The notes: generated by a model not told the origin, from the letters alone. A DNA stretch of 64,000 nt from Syncephalis fuscata S228 (GCA_025786725.1 JAHLTZ010000056.1:1-64000), one strand, 5' to 3'; shown: positions 36,701-53,570, numbered from the stretch's first letter. Made by a program: numbers and translations.

Positions 36701-39700
36701 TCTATTATTACAATTATTTAGTCTAAAGACTTTTGTGACGCTTTATTAGTTTGTTCTGCTGTAATTGTCACTCCACACAGATTTAATTGCTTTAGAATTA
36801 ACACTTCTCATCTATTTGATTGCTGTTATCACCTGAACTGTATCAGGAGATGTTTCCTTATTTCATTTCATTTTTCCTATTAGATACATAAGCTTTAAAA
36901 ACTTGTGTATCTATCTCCCTATACATCTATCACTAGTGGAGTACTTGCGGTAATAAATTGGTTTTGACGTAAAGTGTTTATTTGTAATTTAATGTAAAGT
37001 TAATTTAGTAATGTAAATTAAGCAATGTAGCTAATTAATACAAGTATGAAAGTGTGTTAAATAATGGTGTATAAAATCTGGTTATAAAAGTGATTATCAA
37101 CTTGATAGTAAATTAACTGAAGTAATGGCTTTAACGTAAACTGATAAATTATAATTGAGTTAAAGGTAAAATATGCTTGTTATCTACTTGTTGCTTAATA
37201 AAATATTTTAATACATAAATATAATCAATTTTTGCTCACTGTTTTTATACATTTAATAAATATCAAATACGAACACCCTATTATTATATGCTAACTGTGC
37301 TGAACAGGTCTTGCCTGTGTTTATCTAAGATTAATTACTGAATCATGCTTAACCAAGTAAAAATACTTACTTGATGCTAAACTAAATACTATTTATAGCG
37401 ATATTGAGAAATGATTAGATGAAATCAATTGTGCTGTCTAGTTGATATTGAAATGAAACTAGCATTTATAGCAAATGCTGTATGGATAGTGCTAATATAT
37501 GGTAGAGTTTAAACAATTTATGTTCACGGAGCTCATGTATAAGAAATTAGGCAGAAATTGTGTATTCACTAACTAAAAATATTGGTTTGTATATCGTTTA
37601 CCGGATATTTACTAGTTACGACATGTTAATGTTTAATCATACAATAGTCGATAGATAAAAGCTTATTTGTAGCAAGTATCAATATTGCATGCCATATTTT
37701 ATACCAAAACAAAACACGTACGTGTTAACATGCTTAATCACATGGTAATAATTGTGATATAGTCTACGGACAAGATACACAGACAAAATAATACATTGCC
37801 ATATACAGCTATGAATATGGTTTCTATATTTAGCATTGCCTGATTTAAATTTGTTATTATCTATTTAAATAATGCTAGCGGACCTAGCTTATTCCGATAA
37901 TCATATGAAGAGTAGCTGCAGCCCTCAGCGGTCGGAACATCAAGCGTAATGGCATAATTTCGTTTTCTTTATCGAACAAAGTGTAGATACGGGATCAAGT
38001 CCTTGAAACTATTGTTTTAAAAAACACTTTGAACTCTGTTTGAATTAGGCATACTGGTCTATTCCAGGCATGTGGCTGGTGAAATATGGCTCGAGCAAAA
38101 GGCGGCCTAATACATTCTCAACATACCTGTAGGGTACTTATTTGATGCTTCTAGCCATTATTGAAATATTTTTAAAAATACTTGCTGCTATATTTATACT
38201 GATATACATATATGAGAAACGTGGAATAGCTATGTCACAGGGATTAACCTATGATCAAATATGCCTTGGTATTGGCTGCGGGAAAGACATTTATTTATAT
38301 TATCTACAGACGGTTGATTGTCCATCTGTGTTTTTGCTAAAATATCTCTGCACCGAAATCATGTGTGGATTGTATAATATTTTATTATGTGTATGATGAT
38401 ATCAGACAGCGACCACATAAGGCCTTACATTGTAAATTTTTTGAGCCTTCTTTGTAGAAAGCCAAACTTTTGGGCCAAATGTTCGTGAGACATAAACGCT
38501 ACTATCCCTTAGTGACTCATTATACTTTGGTGTGAAAGATGCTGTATACCGGTATGGTACTTGATATCGCTCCACAATTGAGTCTTCGGGAGATACAAAC
38601 ACTACTATGAAGGGGATGGTGCTATTATCGTTACAGAAATGGGAAAACCATGAAGCTACCTCCGTTTGATTTGTGACATCGATAAGGATAGATTCAAATG
38701 GTTGACAGTATATTGTTTATTTGTCGTGGATTGGTCCCATCGTTGGAGAATGTTGCTAAATGTGTGTATACAGATGAGGGATCGGGTTCTCCCCAAGCGT
38801 TACTATCACGCGACTGAGTCGTGCAGCAGTAGAAATAATGGCGTTGGCTGTGATGGCAGAGTAATAGCCAATCACTTGGCAAAGAGTGATATGCACCAGT
38901 GCATGTTTATACGTGTATGGCGTAGTGGGAGCCGTTAAACAAGAGAAATACTAGTAAGTGACGACAATGATGATTGCAGCAGCAGCGACAATAAGGATGA
39001 ACCATGCCATCAGCCATTTGGCAAATGGTGTCATTTGGCCGTCAAATCATGATAGAGTTTTACGTCCTTGCTCGGTGGCACCAATCCTTAGTCGTGTGAC
39101 CCATAGCAGTGTTGGCACTATCCGTTTAATGATGTAGGATGTACACCGTCCAATAGAGCGGTAAGCTAATTAACGGCGTAAACGTGAATAGTAAGCAAAA
39201 TATGATAGCACACCCGCATGGTTGGCATGTCTAAAGCGGGACGATCTTGCATTGCGATGCCAGTTTCAGTAAGAAAAAACATGTCCATACCTATCGGAAC
39301 GAAATAGTGGTCGCTGATGTCATGTTACGTAGAATTCGGCCATTTACGCCGTCTATCTATGTCCTCGGCTTCCAAGTTTCGGAATATAGAAATAGATCAA
39401 ATATTATCGCGGGTCCTCAGTATCCACTTTTCTATCTACCATCCATTTAAGCCACTGGCAGTTATCATTTTATTAGCACATCCTCATAATCGATTATTAT
39501 TTTAAGCACCTTGTTTACATTAACAAACAAGTTTACTTAATCTCCTTTCTATTCAAACATTTATACGAATCTACACACACACACACACACACACACATTA
39601 ACTATAAATCATTCACTAATTAACTTTAATACGGTCAAGTCAGCCAGTTAAATAACACCAAACAAGGTATGCTGATAAAAATTTTGTGTTGATAAATGTC

Positions 39701-42700
39701 TATAGCGCTATTTTTATTCCCGCTATATCAATGGCTATGATATAGCCATACCTACACTTGTGATGCTTGTTATGATCTCATGTAATAATGAGGCGATTAT
39801 CAAACTTATCTTTTTTTGATCAACTAAGCTAGCATGCTTTTCTGATCCGATTACTCGTTTGTTCATTCTTAACTAGTATTCTTAGTACTGCTGCTTGTAT
39901 TATAATACCGGTTTGATTTTGTCGTATTATGAACGTAATTGCTGAGAGACTATAACCATGACATTCACAGGCTTGTGCATGAAATGGTGGGATGGACTGG
40001 TGCGTGTGTGCGTGTGTGCGTGTGTGTGAAAGCTATGCACCCAGGTCTAACCTGTGTACCCATTGCCAATTACTTCGTCCAGTTGCTTGCCGTTTATCTG
40101 TTTCTTTGCATATTCTTTTCTATTTCGTCAACTTTCATCTTCGTTGCTTGATACTTTCTGTTTTCTATTTGTTAGCAGGGTATCTATCAATTAATATTGC
40201 TATTGCCACTATTCTTACTGATATTGCGCAATTTCAACTTACTCAATGGTTATAGAAGTGGCGGGTTCTAGGCGTGTGCAAACAAACGCCTTTTCCATAG
40301 CTATTTTATAACTGCTTCTACCGCGTTACAGGTGTTTACCTGTTGTCAAATCAACATTTATTATCATCATCATTAGTATTGTATTCGTACATTTAATTCG
40401 GTGGAATATTTTGCTGTTGTGGTAGGTCATATTGTAAGCGTGGTTTAAGCGCGCTGTTTTATTACGTCTATCGGTTACATTAAGCCATACGCGTCTTTCA
40501 AAAAACAAAAAACAGTCTACAGTGCGATACTTTAACAGATACAAGTAATTTTATATTAAAGTTAGCACTAGTCTATTTCAAATTTACGGTAAGGAATGCG
40601 CGTATCATTTTATGGCGTAATGTGTTTTAATGATTCTGCATCGGTGGTAGAATGAATAATAATGTTGTGCTTAGAAATGGGTGGAGATTGTGTGTGTGCG
40701 TGCGTATGAGTGGTGAATATGGTTCATCAGCTGAGTGCTAAAGCTATCTCATTTGTGCCTTTTTCGATCAACAGAAGCATGTCGACGGGCCTTGAGTCGG
40801 TGGTGTGTGTGTCCATTTTATTTCCTAATCGAATTCCTTACAGTTGTTACGGCTATTTTTGCATGGCCGGTTTACTGTTTTTCCTGTTATCAATGGCAGA
40901 TGTTCCCTGTATTGCTACAGATGCTCGTTGTTGTACGGTTGGGCCATAGGTAACATGATATTTATTTAATCTGTTTCATACACGATTCGTTTGCCATGCT
41001 AAACTACTTTGGCCTACCGTAGGCTAGGAGATAGCGATAATTAGTACTACTATTAGTGCTACCGTTAATCGTTGTTCTAGAACTAATAAAAACGAAAGGT
41101 GGGAAATAGATTTTTGGCATTGGATGTCTAGCGGTGGCACACGCTGGACCAATGCTAGCTTTTGGCAAGGAAAATGGGGCAAATAATCTATATTCATTTA
41201 AAGCCTTTGGTTTTAAATTCATTCATTTATTGCCTTCAACTAATGTGTATGTGCATAGCTAGTTTAGCATACTCGGCCATTGATAGCAATGCTTCCGTCT
41301 CCGACTAAGCTTTAAAACGCAGTTTAGTAATACATTTTGATACATTTTCATATACGCCATAAGGTGTAGTACTTTATTGTTTCGCTCGGATCTGCTACAA
41401 AAGCTCCATTTATCGATGGTGTTACGGCGTGGTTACTTTGACTTTTGGCTGAGTGAAATTTGCGCGTTTCCAAACCAAAAATCAAAGCAATGAATAAGGG
41501 CCAAACACGTCTTAGTCTTTCCCCGACTGTGATATGTGATATAGCACCTCCCCATTTCGATCTACCTTTTCGTTATGCACACACACGCACACATCACACT
41601 TTGCCATAAGAGATATTCATAGCACTCTCCTTGTTTTAGTTCGCCTTGGTTATTGCCCCACAAATAGCTTTTTTAGGCTTTGACGTTTGTGTGTTCAATA
41701 CTGAAGCTTGTACAGCAAGTGTCGTAACGCGTATGTACAAATTCACAGTATAGTGCTTCTAGATGCATTGTTAAAGCAAATGGTATTCTAATTTATAGGC
41801 TTTGCCGATAGCATTAGCTGCTTAATTCAGTATTCGATACAGTTGAATCAAATCTAGTTTTATTTTTAATACATTGCTTTAACATACACGCTTACTGTTC
41901 AGTTTCGTATGCACGTTTTTATATTTAAGCATATTAATGCAATATATATATATAGCGTGACTAGCTTTCAAACATCTCGTTTATTTGCTTTTTAATACTA
42001 CTTGACTATTGACCGTCACTTTTCGTACACTTTCTAACCAACAATTCATTCTATAGTACTCTTCCAAGGTTTATCGCTGTTACTTCTGTGCCCATTATCT
42101 ACCATTACATCTTTGTTCCACGCAGACGAGTGTTAAGAAGCCAACATTGTTCTAGGTAAGTTAATCACAAGCATGACGATTGTTTCGTTTTTTGGTATCT
42201 TTCTATTTGTTCGGTTGTACCAGTGTTATTCATTTAACGCTTAGCATACCTTTATTCCTGGCACATTGCATCTTTTTTGGTCAAACAAACTTTGCCATAG
42301 TTGATTTTGTCATAATATGTTTGATGAATCGACACATTGATTTACTTTTCCTTATACATTACTTTACACAAACACAAACACACAAACATTCGTTGTTACT
42401 TTTCTTTGAAACTTAGCGTCTAGACCATCGTTATCACACGATATTAATGGTAAATTTATTTCCTTTCGGGGTTATTTTTATTTTAATGACTGCCTCATTT
42501 GGTTTATTGACTCCGACTGGCAAAAAGGACTGGCAAAAAGACCTGCATTTAGGTCATTTGTGCTAGTATGTGTTTTATTCTTGGCAACATTAGTTCTATT
42601 TAGAATAGCATATTCCATACTAAGGGATTAAAAAAGGCTGATTTGCGATCTGGCTCATTTGGCCCTGAATCGCGTACACCCAATTTGCGATTGAATTGAG

Positions 42701-44361
42701 TTTGTACACATTGACACCTTTCTTGGCGTCTAATTATGGTCATTATCGTTTTTGTGCAGTCAAATATACATTTTGCACGCTCACTCGTAGATACGAAGCT
42801 GCACGTGTCCGCACACGCACGCACATATATTCACATGAATGACTACTGTGCACTTTTACCGATGGGAAGGATTCGGTAAATTTATCATCATTAGCAGCAA
42901 TAATGCAGCCATACGGCAGCATGGTAGAGACAGAGAGCAATAAAGATAAAGATACGGTGTGTGTATGTGTGGTGCGGAACATAAGGTTCCGAAGGATTGG
43001 ATAATCAGCGGTATTGGAGAGAGTTTTGAGGGGAGAAAGGATCATATTGTATTACCGCCACCTTGCATCCACTTGAGGCCGGCCTTTTAGTGTTATTATT
43101 ATCATTTCCCCTCAGCAATAATTTGTATGGATATGTGGCGTGTGTTTGTGTGTGTGTGCCTATATTGTTACAGCCATCAGAGATGATTCTGCATCACCAT
43201 AGGAGAGAGAGAAATACTTCATTGATCCACTGTAACTTGGCATTTTCTTTTCGGCAACGTATGTACCCTGGCCTCGTTCGTAATCCTAGTTTCCTTTGCT
43301 CTGACCCTTTCTGGATCCATTGAGGTACTCGGGACGGCTAGGTGATGATGGTGCTAGGTGAGGGGCCGCCTTCCACCAAATAAATGGTTACGAGCCAGTA
43401 AGCAAGTAAGGCCATACCAAGCACGCCATTACCATTCGTGATCAGCGTGTATATACATTGTAAAACGAGTGTTTGAGCAAAAGTCTAGTAGGTTTTATTT
43501 AAACGTGGACTCGGCTCTTGTTCTCGCACATACTTCATTCGCTTTTTTTACGTGATTCGTAGTATTGCACACCAAGGCATCATCATCACATATCCTATCA
43601 CTCTTATTTCTATTCCACTGACTTAACTTTCTAATTCACGCTGTGATTTCAATTTTGTTTTAATTCACGCTGGGCCGTGTGGGTACGTATCATTTATCCT
43701 TGTCAGCCCAGTTGCTATCACTATTTAGTCGCCTCGACCTTGATATTCTGGTCCCTGGTACTCTGTCTTCAATCATCTCCCTTCAATCATCTCCCTTCAA
43801 TTATTCCTATTCTATTGCTGCCTTATTTAATACCGCCGTTTCATCTTACGCGCTATTACCCGACGCCAACCTAATATTGATCATTTGTTTTCTAGCGACC
43901 ACCCTTTATTCTATTCTACTTTTAATTGGCGCATTATATTGCTCCTGTTTGAAGTGTACAAGCGGACAAGCTCAGCTTATTAATTATTTGCCAACAACTG
44001 TGACAAGTGGCGTCCTTAAACTACCTGATTTGGTTCGGCGATTTCCGTTAATTCACTTTATCCGCAACGATTCCAAGGGATTCGTGAAACTTCGCGTGAT
44101 ATTTTAGTGGTAAGTGTCCTGGATGCCCCAAATCGACGCTGTAACTTATGAAACGTTATCACCTTGGCTTATTTTAAAAATTTTATTTAAATTGCCCACA
44201 CCAAGCCAGCTAGCGTAATAGCAACTACAACTTCTGTCAGCTGATTACTTAAAAATCTCACCGGATTTTTGTTTCTACACGTAATCAATTCTTACCTCTA
44301 TCTTTACCATAACATCTATTTCAACACCCGTCAACGAATTATATTCAATCCTATATTTATC

Positions 44362-47300
44362 ATGCCAGACGAGCACTTTTCGTACCAATTCTCTCCCGTG
44401 AGCCAATGTGCCCAGGATCGCCATCATCTGTAAGTAAAGTGCGGTGTATTTCACCAAACATTGAATACATCAGGAGGAGAGTGAGTGAGCGAGTGAGTGA
44501 GAGGGCAGGCGAAGAAATGATAGGCCGTTTTAGACCAATAGAGACGCGTTGACTTGCGTTTCATCATTTTTGCTATTATATGACTGTTTATTAGCAATGT
44601 TGCTAAGAAAGATAGAAATGGTGAGAATCTATAACAAAGGTACCCAGTATTAATGACTGGGAATCATGTGCCTACATTCCAACCATTGACTTGCTGAAAT
44701 GCATCTGCAGCATTTCCTAGTCATTGAGTGCATGAGGGACTTATGGTAGACTTTCATCCATCTATTAATCAGGCATAATAGCATGGTTAATAAGCAGACA
44801 TGTTGTAATGCAAGTCAACGCGTGTAGTCTACATGAAAGTCATAGTTCCCACGAAATGACGATTGTTTAATAGAAACAGTGCTTATTCTAATGAGAATCA
44901 TTAATAAAAGTCAAGTGTGTGGTAGAGGGAGGGGAGTGTTAATAATAATAGTAATAATAATAATAATAATGGTGATGATTAAATCATCATCTCAAATGAT
45001 TGTCGTATCAATGGGATTCAGGGCCGCAGCTCTACCATCATAATTTGGTTATGGCTGAACTTGTTCCTTGAACGATAATTGCAATTGCAGTTGTAACGCT
45101 GTTCAATAATTGGCAATAGTAGAAATGGCTGGCATTAAAAACCGGATCATGCAGCCATAGATGCGGGTACCAATTCTCAAGTACAGATGTGGTCACCCTC
45201 ATACAACATGCTTGTTATATGTTTAGTGATTTAGAGATTGATCTGGCTTGGGGACGGATGAATGAATAGCCATCACAGTAATACATTTTCCTTATTCTAT
45301 TGGATCCCTTCATACTTACTAATCTGTTATGTACATTTTAGTGAATTCGATCTTAAATTGCGACAACAGCCCAAACAGTCACGTATGTGTGGTGTGGGTG
45401 AAAAAGGTAATTAGTTAATTAATCTGCAATTTAATTTACACTTTACTAATTTATTAATATTAGCTGATCGTCGTCCTATCGATCCACCGCCTATTCTTCA
45501 ATTGCGTGTTGTTAATCACTCACAAAACAGTGAGGATCACACAAAGACTACGTAAGTCAACTAATCATCTATTGATTATTGCTATAATAGACTAATACTT
45601 TTTTAATATCTTTATTTAGCTCGTTTCTTCAAAATCCATATTATTTTGTTTATGCATCGTTGGTGTCGCCGGAAAGTGGACAAGAGCTCCATTTATTACG
45701 AGATGGTCGCACGCGCGCCACCACCGGCTCTGTTGTATCCTCACTTTACCATCTAAAGGATATCGATAACACCGATGGTGGCTTCTTTGTGTTCCCCGAC
45801 CTTTCGGTCCGTACTGAGGGATCCTACCGCTTAAAGTTCAGCCTATTCGAGATTGTCAGCGGTAAAGTCTACCATTGCCGATCCATTTACTCAAATCCAT
45901 TTATTGTATACTCGGCCAAACGGTTCCCCGGTATGGAAGAATCAACCTTCCTATCGCGTTCCTTTGCCGATCAAGGCCTCAAAATACGCATTCGCAAAGA
46001 AGTGCGTGTTCGGTAAGTAGTCAGAATAGGCATCCATATTAACCTCTTATGCTAATGATATGGTTTTTTAATTAGCCGTTTGTCCAAGCGACGTGATTTG
46101 ACAACACAGATGCGCGAATCACAATTCCAACCTTCATTGACTTCGTCATTGCCACCGCCCTCCACTTCAGTCTTCCATACACATCGCCAAGTATCACGTC
46201 ATGACTATAAACATCCCATTAAAGAGATTAATGATCAAGATATGGATGAAGAGCAACAAGAACAGCAGTCACTATCAACGCCACCACTATCCATGTCTCA
46301 TCCATACACAGACAGCCATCCTAGTGTAGCTTCATCGGATCATCGACGTCCCTCCATAACTATTATTACCAATCCAAGCCTTAATAGATTCGCATCTATT
46401 CACCCAGTACGTACACTAAGTGCACCCAATGCTCTTCACTCCTCTATCAGTAAGCAACCATATCCATGTGCCTCGAATAGTGATGATGGTATGGCTTTGG
46501 TATCTCAGTCTCAACATCGCTTCTTTCCCCCACCAATGCTCACTGCACCACTTCGACGTGAATCTAGTGATACTGGATCTATTGAGCAACGTTCAGTAGC
46601 ACCACGTCAGCTACATCCACATCATCATCATCACCATCACCACCACCCACATCATCATCATTTAGAAGCCAATCCATCTCATACGCATGCTATGAATGGT
46701 GGAGATAGTGTTAATAGTCATATGACAAAATCTATAGGTCCACACCATCATCATCCGCACTATCATCATCATTATGATCATCATAATCATCGTGGATCCC
46801 CTTCTATTCCACAATACACAACGACCGATTCAGCTGTATCTAATACAGGTAGCTCTAGTCCATCGGGTCATTACCATCCACACCCACATCCACATCATCA
46901 TCACCAGTTACTGACCTCTTCACACTCTTCACCTGCACCCACTCATGCCCACTATAGAGGTAGTAGTCAGGCCAGTAGTCCTATGTCTGCCTCTTCACGA
47001 TCATATCCAAATACCACCATTTATCGCCCAGTCCATATACACGGCGCTTCAGCCATGGATCAGTGGTCACTAACACTAACACTAGTACAGCTACTAGATA
47101 TTCCCCGTATGAAGCTGCTTATGCTCACAGGTGCTCCATTTCATCCACTTCATCCACTCTATCGTTGTCACATCATATGCGTCAACAATTAACGCCACCT
47201 TCTTATTCATCTCATTCGCTGACCCTTTCATCTCCTCAAACACCTAATGCACCATTCTACCCTCCACCAAGTGCCACCAATACTGAGCTATCTGTATATA

Positions 47301-47890
47301 AAATCAAGTCGACATCTCATACTGACTATCCTTCTACTCAGTATAGCTATGGTTATTATCCACACCAACAGGCTCATCACTCAACTGCTTCTCTCTATAA
47401 TAGTCCCCGATCGGCCAGTACTCGTCCTAATGGACCTGTATTGCCACCACTAGCCACTGCTGTCAATACTACTGATACTAATACTACGCCATCTGCTGTC
47501 ATATCGGTATCCTCTTCCGCCTCCACTCCATATCATCCACACCATCACCACTATTATCACCACCATGTTCTACACCATCCATTACGCGAGTCGCCTACAT
47601 CGGACACAGGCTATGAATCTATAGTGCGACTACCTAATGGCAATGCTCTACGTAGTACGGATCCAACACTTGTACATCATTCTTTGCCATTACTCTCTCA
47701 TTCCAAGTCAATATTCCCTTCTAGTCATCATGCAGCCTATCATCACCGCCACACTTCAATGGACACTCTATCGCCAACAGCAACTAATATGGTGACTAAT
47801 ACGTCAACACCACCTACAGATAACGAGAGTGTGGTCAGTGCCAATACTACTTCTACTACCAACATGATCACATCACCCACAGCCTTTTAA
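44362..47890 (+). CDS. Velvet-domain transcription regulator with a His/Ser/Pro-rich tail; apparent frameshift at ~47000-47065
   Basis: LRQQPKQSRMCGVGEKADRRPIDPPPILQL, GGFFVFPDLSVRTEGSYRLKFSLFE and FPGMEEST..SRSFADQGLKIRIRK. The first exon 44362-44429 joins in phase through a 912-nt intron. Confidence 0.9.
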
Positions 47891-48411
47891 TCTATTTGAC
47901 TTGATTGGTTGATTTGTTAACGTACACACACTTAAATGTTACGTAAAATGTTATAGTTGATACTATTCATCTTTACCAGATTATTATTGATTGATGTGAC
48001 TTCATAGCTTCTTTCTTTTCTTTCTTTTCTCTTTTTTCGTTAACTACAAGCATTTGTTGGTTCTTTTGTACCATTCGGACCATTTCCTTTCTTTGTTTTT
48101 CTATGGCTCTCTTTTGTTTCTTTGCTTTCTAGCACAGTCATAAATATGTGCGTATTTTATTCATCATTTCTTGTGTCATTAACCACATGTAAGGATAATG
48201 TTTGTTCTTCTATTTATCTGTCCATAGGTGTCATATTAATACGCTTTATTTAAAGTGGACAGTTTAGAACCTTTTGTTCTGTTTAAAATAGCAGTAGTGG
48301 TATTAAAAACGGCTTTATAATTAAACTATTAAAAACACAATTATAACTTATGATATACAAAAAAGTAATATTATTAGTAATAAATGGTTATTTTTCTTTA
48401 ATTATTACATT

Positions 48412-49595
48412 ATGAATACACCGCGTCATTCTGCAAATACTACAAAGATTAGTAAGCCGGTTGCTGTATCGGCTAGTGCACAGCGTTCGGTGCTGTTGTT
48501 GGATTGTTTGGTTGACCAAGAGCGCGACACGTTATTTGCACCACAGCTTTCAATTATTGAATCGTCTATACAGCGAGTCATTCAGCAGACATTGCGTCAA
48601 ACTGCCACTAGAGACGACTTTTTGGCCAAGCATGACGATAGTTTAAACAGTGGTTTGAGTACAGGTACAGCAATGAATGTACCTGTCCCGTCAATGTAAG
48701 TTATACTAACGGGTATAGACAAGCCATTCAATATGGCGCTTGTTCCCTTGATGTTAATAGTCGATACTTACTAAACAGCATTGGCTGTAACCTGTACACG
48801 GTATTCGTAGATCCAAAACCAATGCTGGCTATCAGGCCTTTTACCGAGAATGTATCACGAGAGTCGAGCAAGCATTGGTGACGGTACGGGATGCTCTACA
48901 AGTCCTCAAGGTAAGTGCTGTTGTATGGACACGCATCCAACACCATGTAATAACTTGTTTCCCCGTCATTTTATGACCGACCATGTAACGGGACAACTGA
49001 AGCCGAAAGAATTGCCGGACCCACTGGGAATAGGCGAGGAGAATCACGAGATGGGGTCGCAGCATGACGAGGCCCGTCGAATTGATGAGGCTGGCGCAGC
49101 ACTAGCCCATGCTGCTACAATATTTGCTCAAGAGGCGGATCGGTTAAAGAAAATATGGCCGGTAGAACTACAGCACTGGGTCGAGGATGCAAATACTCGT
49201 CCTCACCCATCTACAATAGCCGGTGAGTTATTAAAAGGCACATGTTAGTTGTCAACTTATACTTGTTTATTGGCATGCTTTTGTAGGACTGAACGAGGCA
49301 GTTATACAAGTACAAATGCATCTGGATGCTGTGAACAAAGTAAGAAACAGTATAATAGCTGCAATTCATCAGCTAATAAATATATGCATAGCGCTTTGCT
49401 ACACGAAGACAGATTCGTGATACACATGCATCTATCGCGGCTACATTGGCCAATACGGCAACTGAACATAAGATGCCCGTATTGGCCGATCAAGCAGCGA
49501 GATGGCAATTCTTAGAGACAACACGTGGCCGATTAGAAACAGCACTTATTCAACTGGAACGATGGCAAACAACTTTACACGCCACCTTACTGTAG
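48412..49595 (+). CDS. Hypothetical helical/coiled-coil protein, multi-exon
   Basis: Successive open segments are separated by GTAAG/GTGAG donors and AG acceptors. The last exon reads RFATRRQIRDTHASIAA...TLHATLL*. No family recognised. Confidence 0.55.
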
Positions 49596-49766
49596 TTAAT
49601 AGCAAGAAAAAATCGCTTATTATTATCGTTATTTACATAAAGAATTATGATTAAAGTGAAATACGAGACGAAATGATATAACAATAATATTATTAATAAT
49701 AGTGTTAATAGTGTTAATAGTTGATGTTGATAATAATAATAATAATAAAATTGAGAGAATGATGAA

Positions 49767-51786
<2,020 letters not shown>

Positions 51787-52013
51787 ATTCAGTGCTTGTA
51801 ACGAGATCGTGCAATTGATTATTTAAAACAAAGAAAAGTAAAAATACGTCATGGCTGTTGTAACAATTCGGTCAATGCTGTACACGCCATCATTCAAATA
51901 CAGTATATTTCTTAATTTACATTTAATGTTTACTATTTAATATATTAATCTAGCCAAGAAATAGGCTTTATACAATAATAAATAGCTGCATCCTTCAATA
52001 TTTATTGCGTTGC

Positions 52014-52660
52014 TTACAACGATTTGCCCATAAACTTTCTTTTTTGAAAGCTCATCCACCATTTACTCAAACTACCATCAGCATACAAATGTGCCACTAG
52101 TCGATCAGATAATTCTTGTCGGTATTGTTGTAGGTATTGTCCAAGCGTATCTATTAAATAAATAAATAAATATAATTAAATTCGTGCTTTTCAATGTATT
52201 ATCGGGTATCTACCAGCTTCTGGTCGGCCATTAGGCGCCGAGTAGACGGCGTTTAAGCTAAATGTGGCGTCGCCCGGCATAGGAAATTTACCCAAGGAAT
52301 GCGTTTGCAAAAGCTTTTGCGCATCTTGCTGTGACGGCGCCGGATTCTTGGTAGCTATTTTGCCTAGACAGTCAGAGATATAAAGAATGCCGTAGATTAA
52401 CAAACGATCGCCATCGCCTTTTATCTCAAAGTTTCGGAAAAAGCAATTGGCGCGGAATAGGTCAAGGGCCTCGTCGATAGCATCAGGAGCGTCAACATCG
52501 GCCGGTGTAGGTGCAGGTCCACGATATTTTGTTTTTAAAGGCAATAAATAGATGCCGCCAATAGAGCGCGCATCGTTGGTATTAAATGCAGAATGGTAAA
52601 CCTGACAGGTATTTAAACGTCTAGTCTGGTTATCTTATCATAATAGCGACTTACCGGCAT
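52014..52660 (-). CDS. ARPC3: Arp2/3 complex subunit 3 (Arc18/p21)
   Basis: RGPAP...DEALDLFRANCFFRNFEIKG..DRLLIYG and C-terminal KWWMSFQKRKFMGKSL; 6-nt first exon. Confidence 0.95.
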
Positions 52661-53570
52661 GGTGACTGTAGTCGATACAACTCGTGCTGTGTTGGTGTGC
52701 GTGGCGGTAAGCACGTTGGTAATAAAGATGATGTTGAATGAATGTGTACGGAATCTTGGTCAAGGTGTTAAAGTTGTCAAGCTAGGATGACGACGATTAT
52801 GGCAAAGGGATTGTGTCAAGTATAAAAATAGAATCAGCTCAGTTTCATTTTGGATGTTTTTACGATTGTACAGTATTTCACTCAAAGGCAGTGCAATAAC
52901 TAAAATTATCTATCGTGCTAGCGCTTCAAATCTAGTCATGACTAATTAACCTGCGGTTGGTTAGTATATAACAGCTATTTGGGAGTGTACATTCCGGCGT
53001 GTATTTTTTATCTATAAAATAGAAAGGAAATAGCTGTATTTACACCAGTGCATGCGCCTGCAGTCTTATGTTGCACAATTTTGTTTATTCATAATAAATT
53101 GAATAGTAAAGATAGTGTAAGTTTATATCTTTTGCAATAAAATAGTAAAAATTCTAAATAGCATTGTACGAAATAAACGTAATAATAGTGCCATGCCACA
53201 TTATACGGATTTAAGAAACTCCTTGTTGTGTCAATTGATCGTCAATGTCGCATGTCACCACACGATAGTTCAGTCATATGGCGAACATGCATAATTTATT
53301 GCTTAATTTAGTTTGACGTCCAAATATGTTAATAACGGCGTTGTTTAAAGGATAAACATTTTAACTGCCTGTAAAACCGACTATTGCTTTTGCTCCTTTT
53401 ACTGCATCCGTACCGCCTATTTTGCTTAATATTCCCTCCATTTACTTACTTAATTATTACTATTCGTACAGATTTTAATCATACAAAAAATATAGCTATA
53501 GATTCAGTTGTATATTGTTCGAATAGTAGTTTATTACATTGAATGATAAGCAGCTTTATACATATATATT

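Noticed and set aside
39939-44107. Several hydrophobic 60-142-aa ORFs upstream of velvet
   Set aside because: Low-complexity T-rich or GT-repeat translations with no consistent exon structure.
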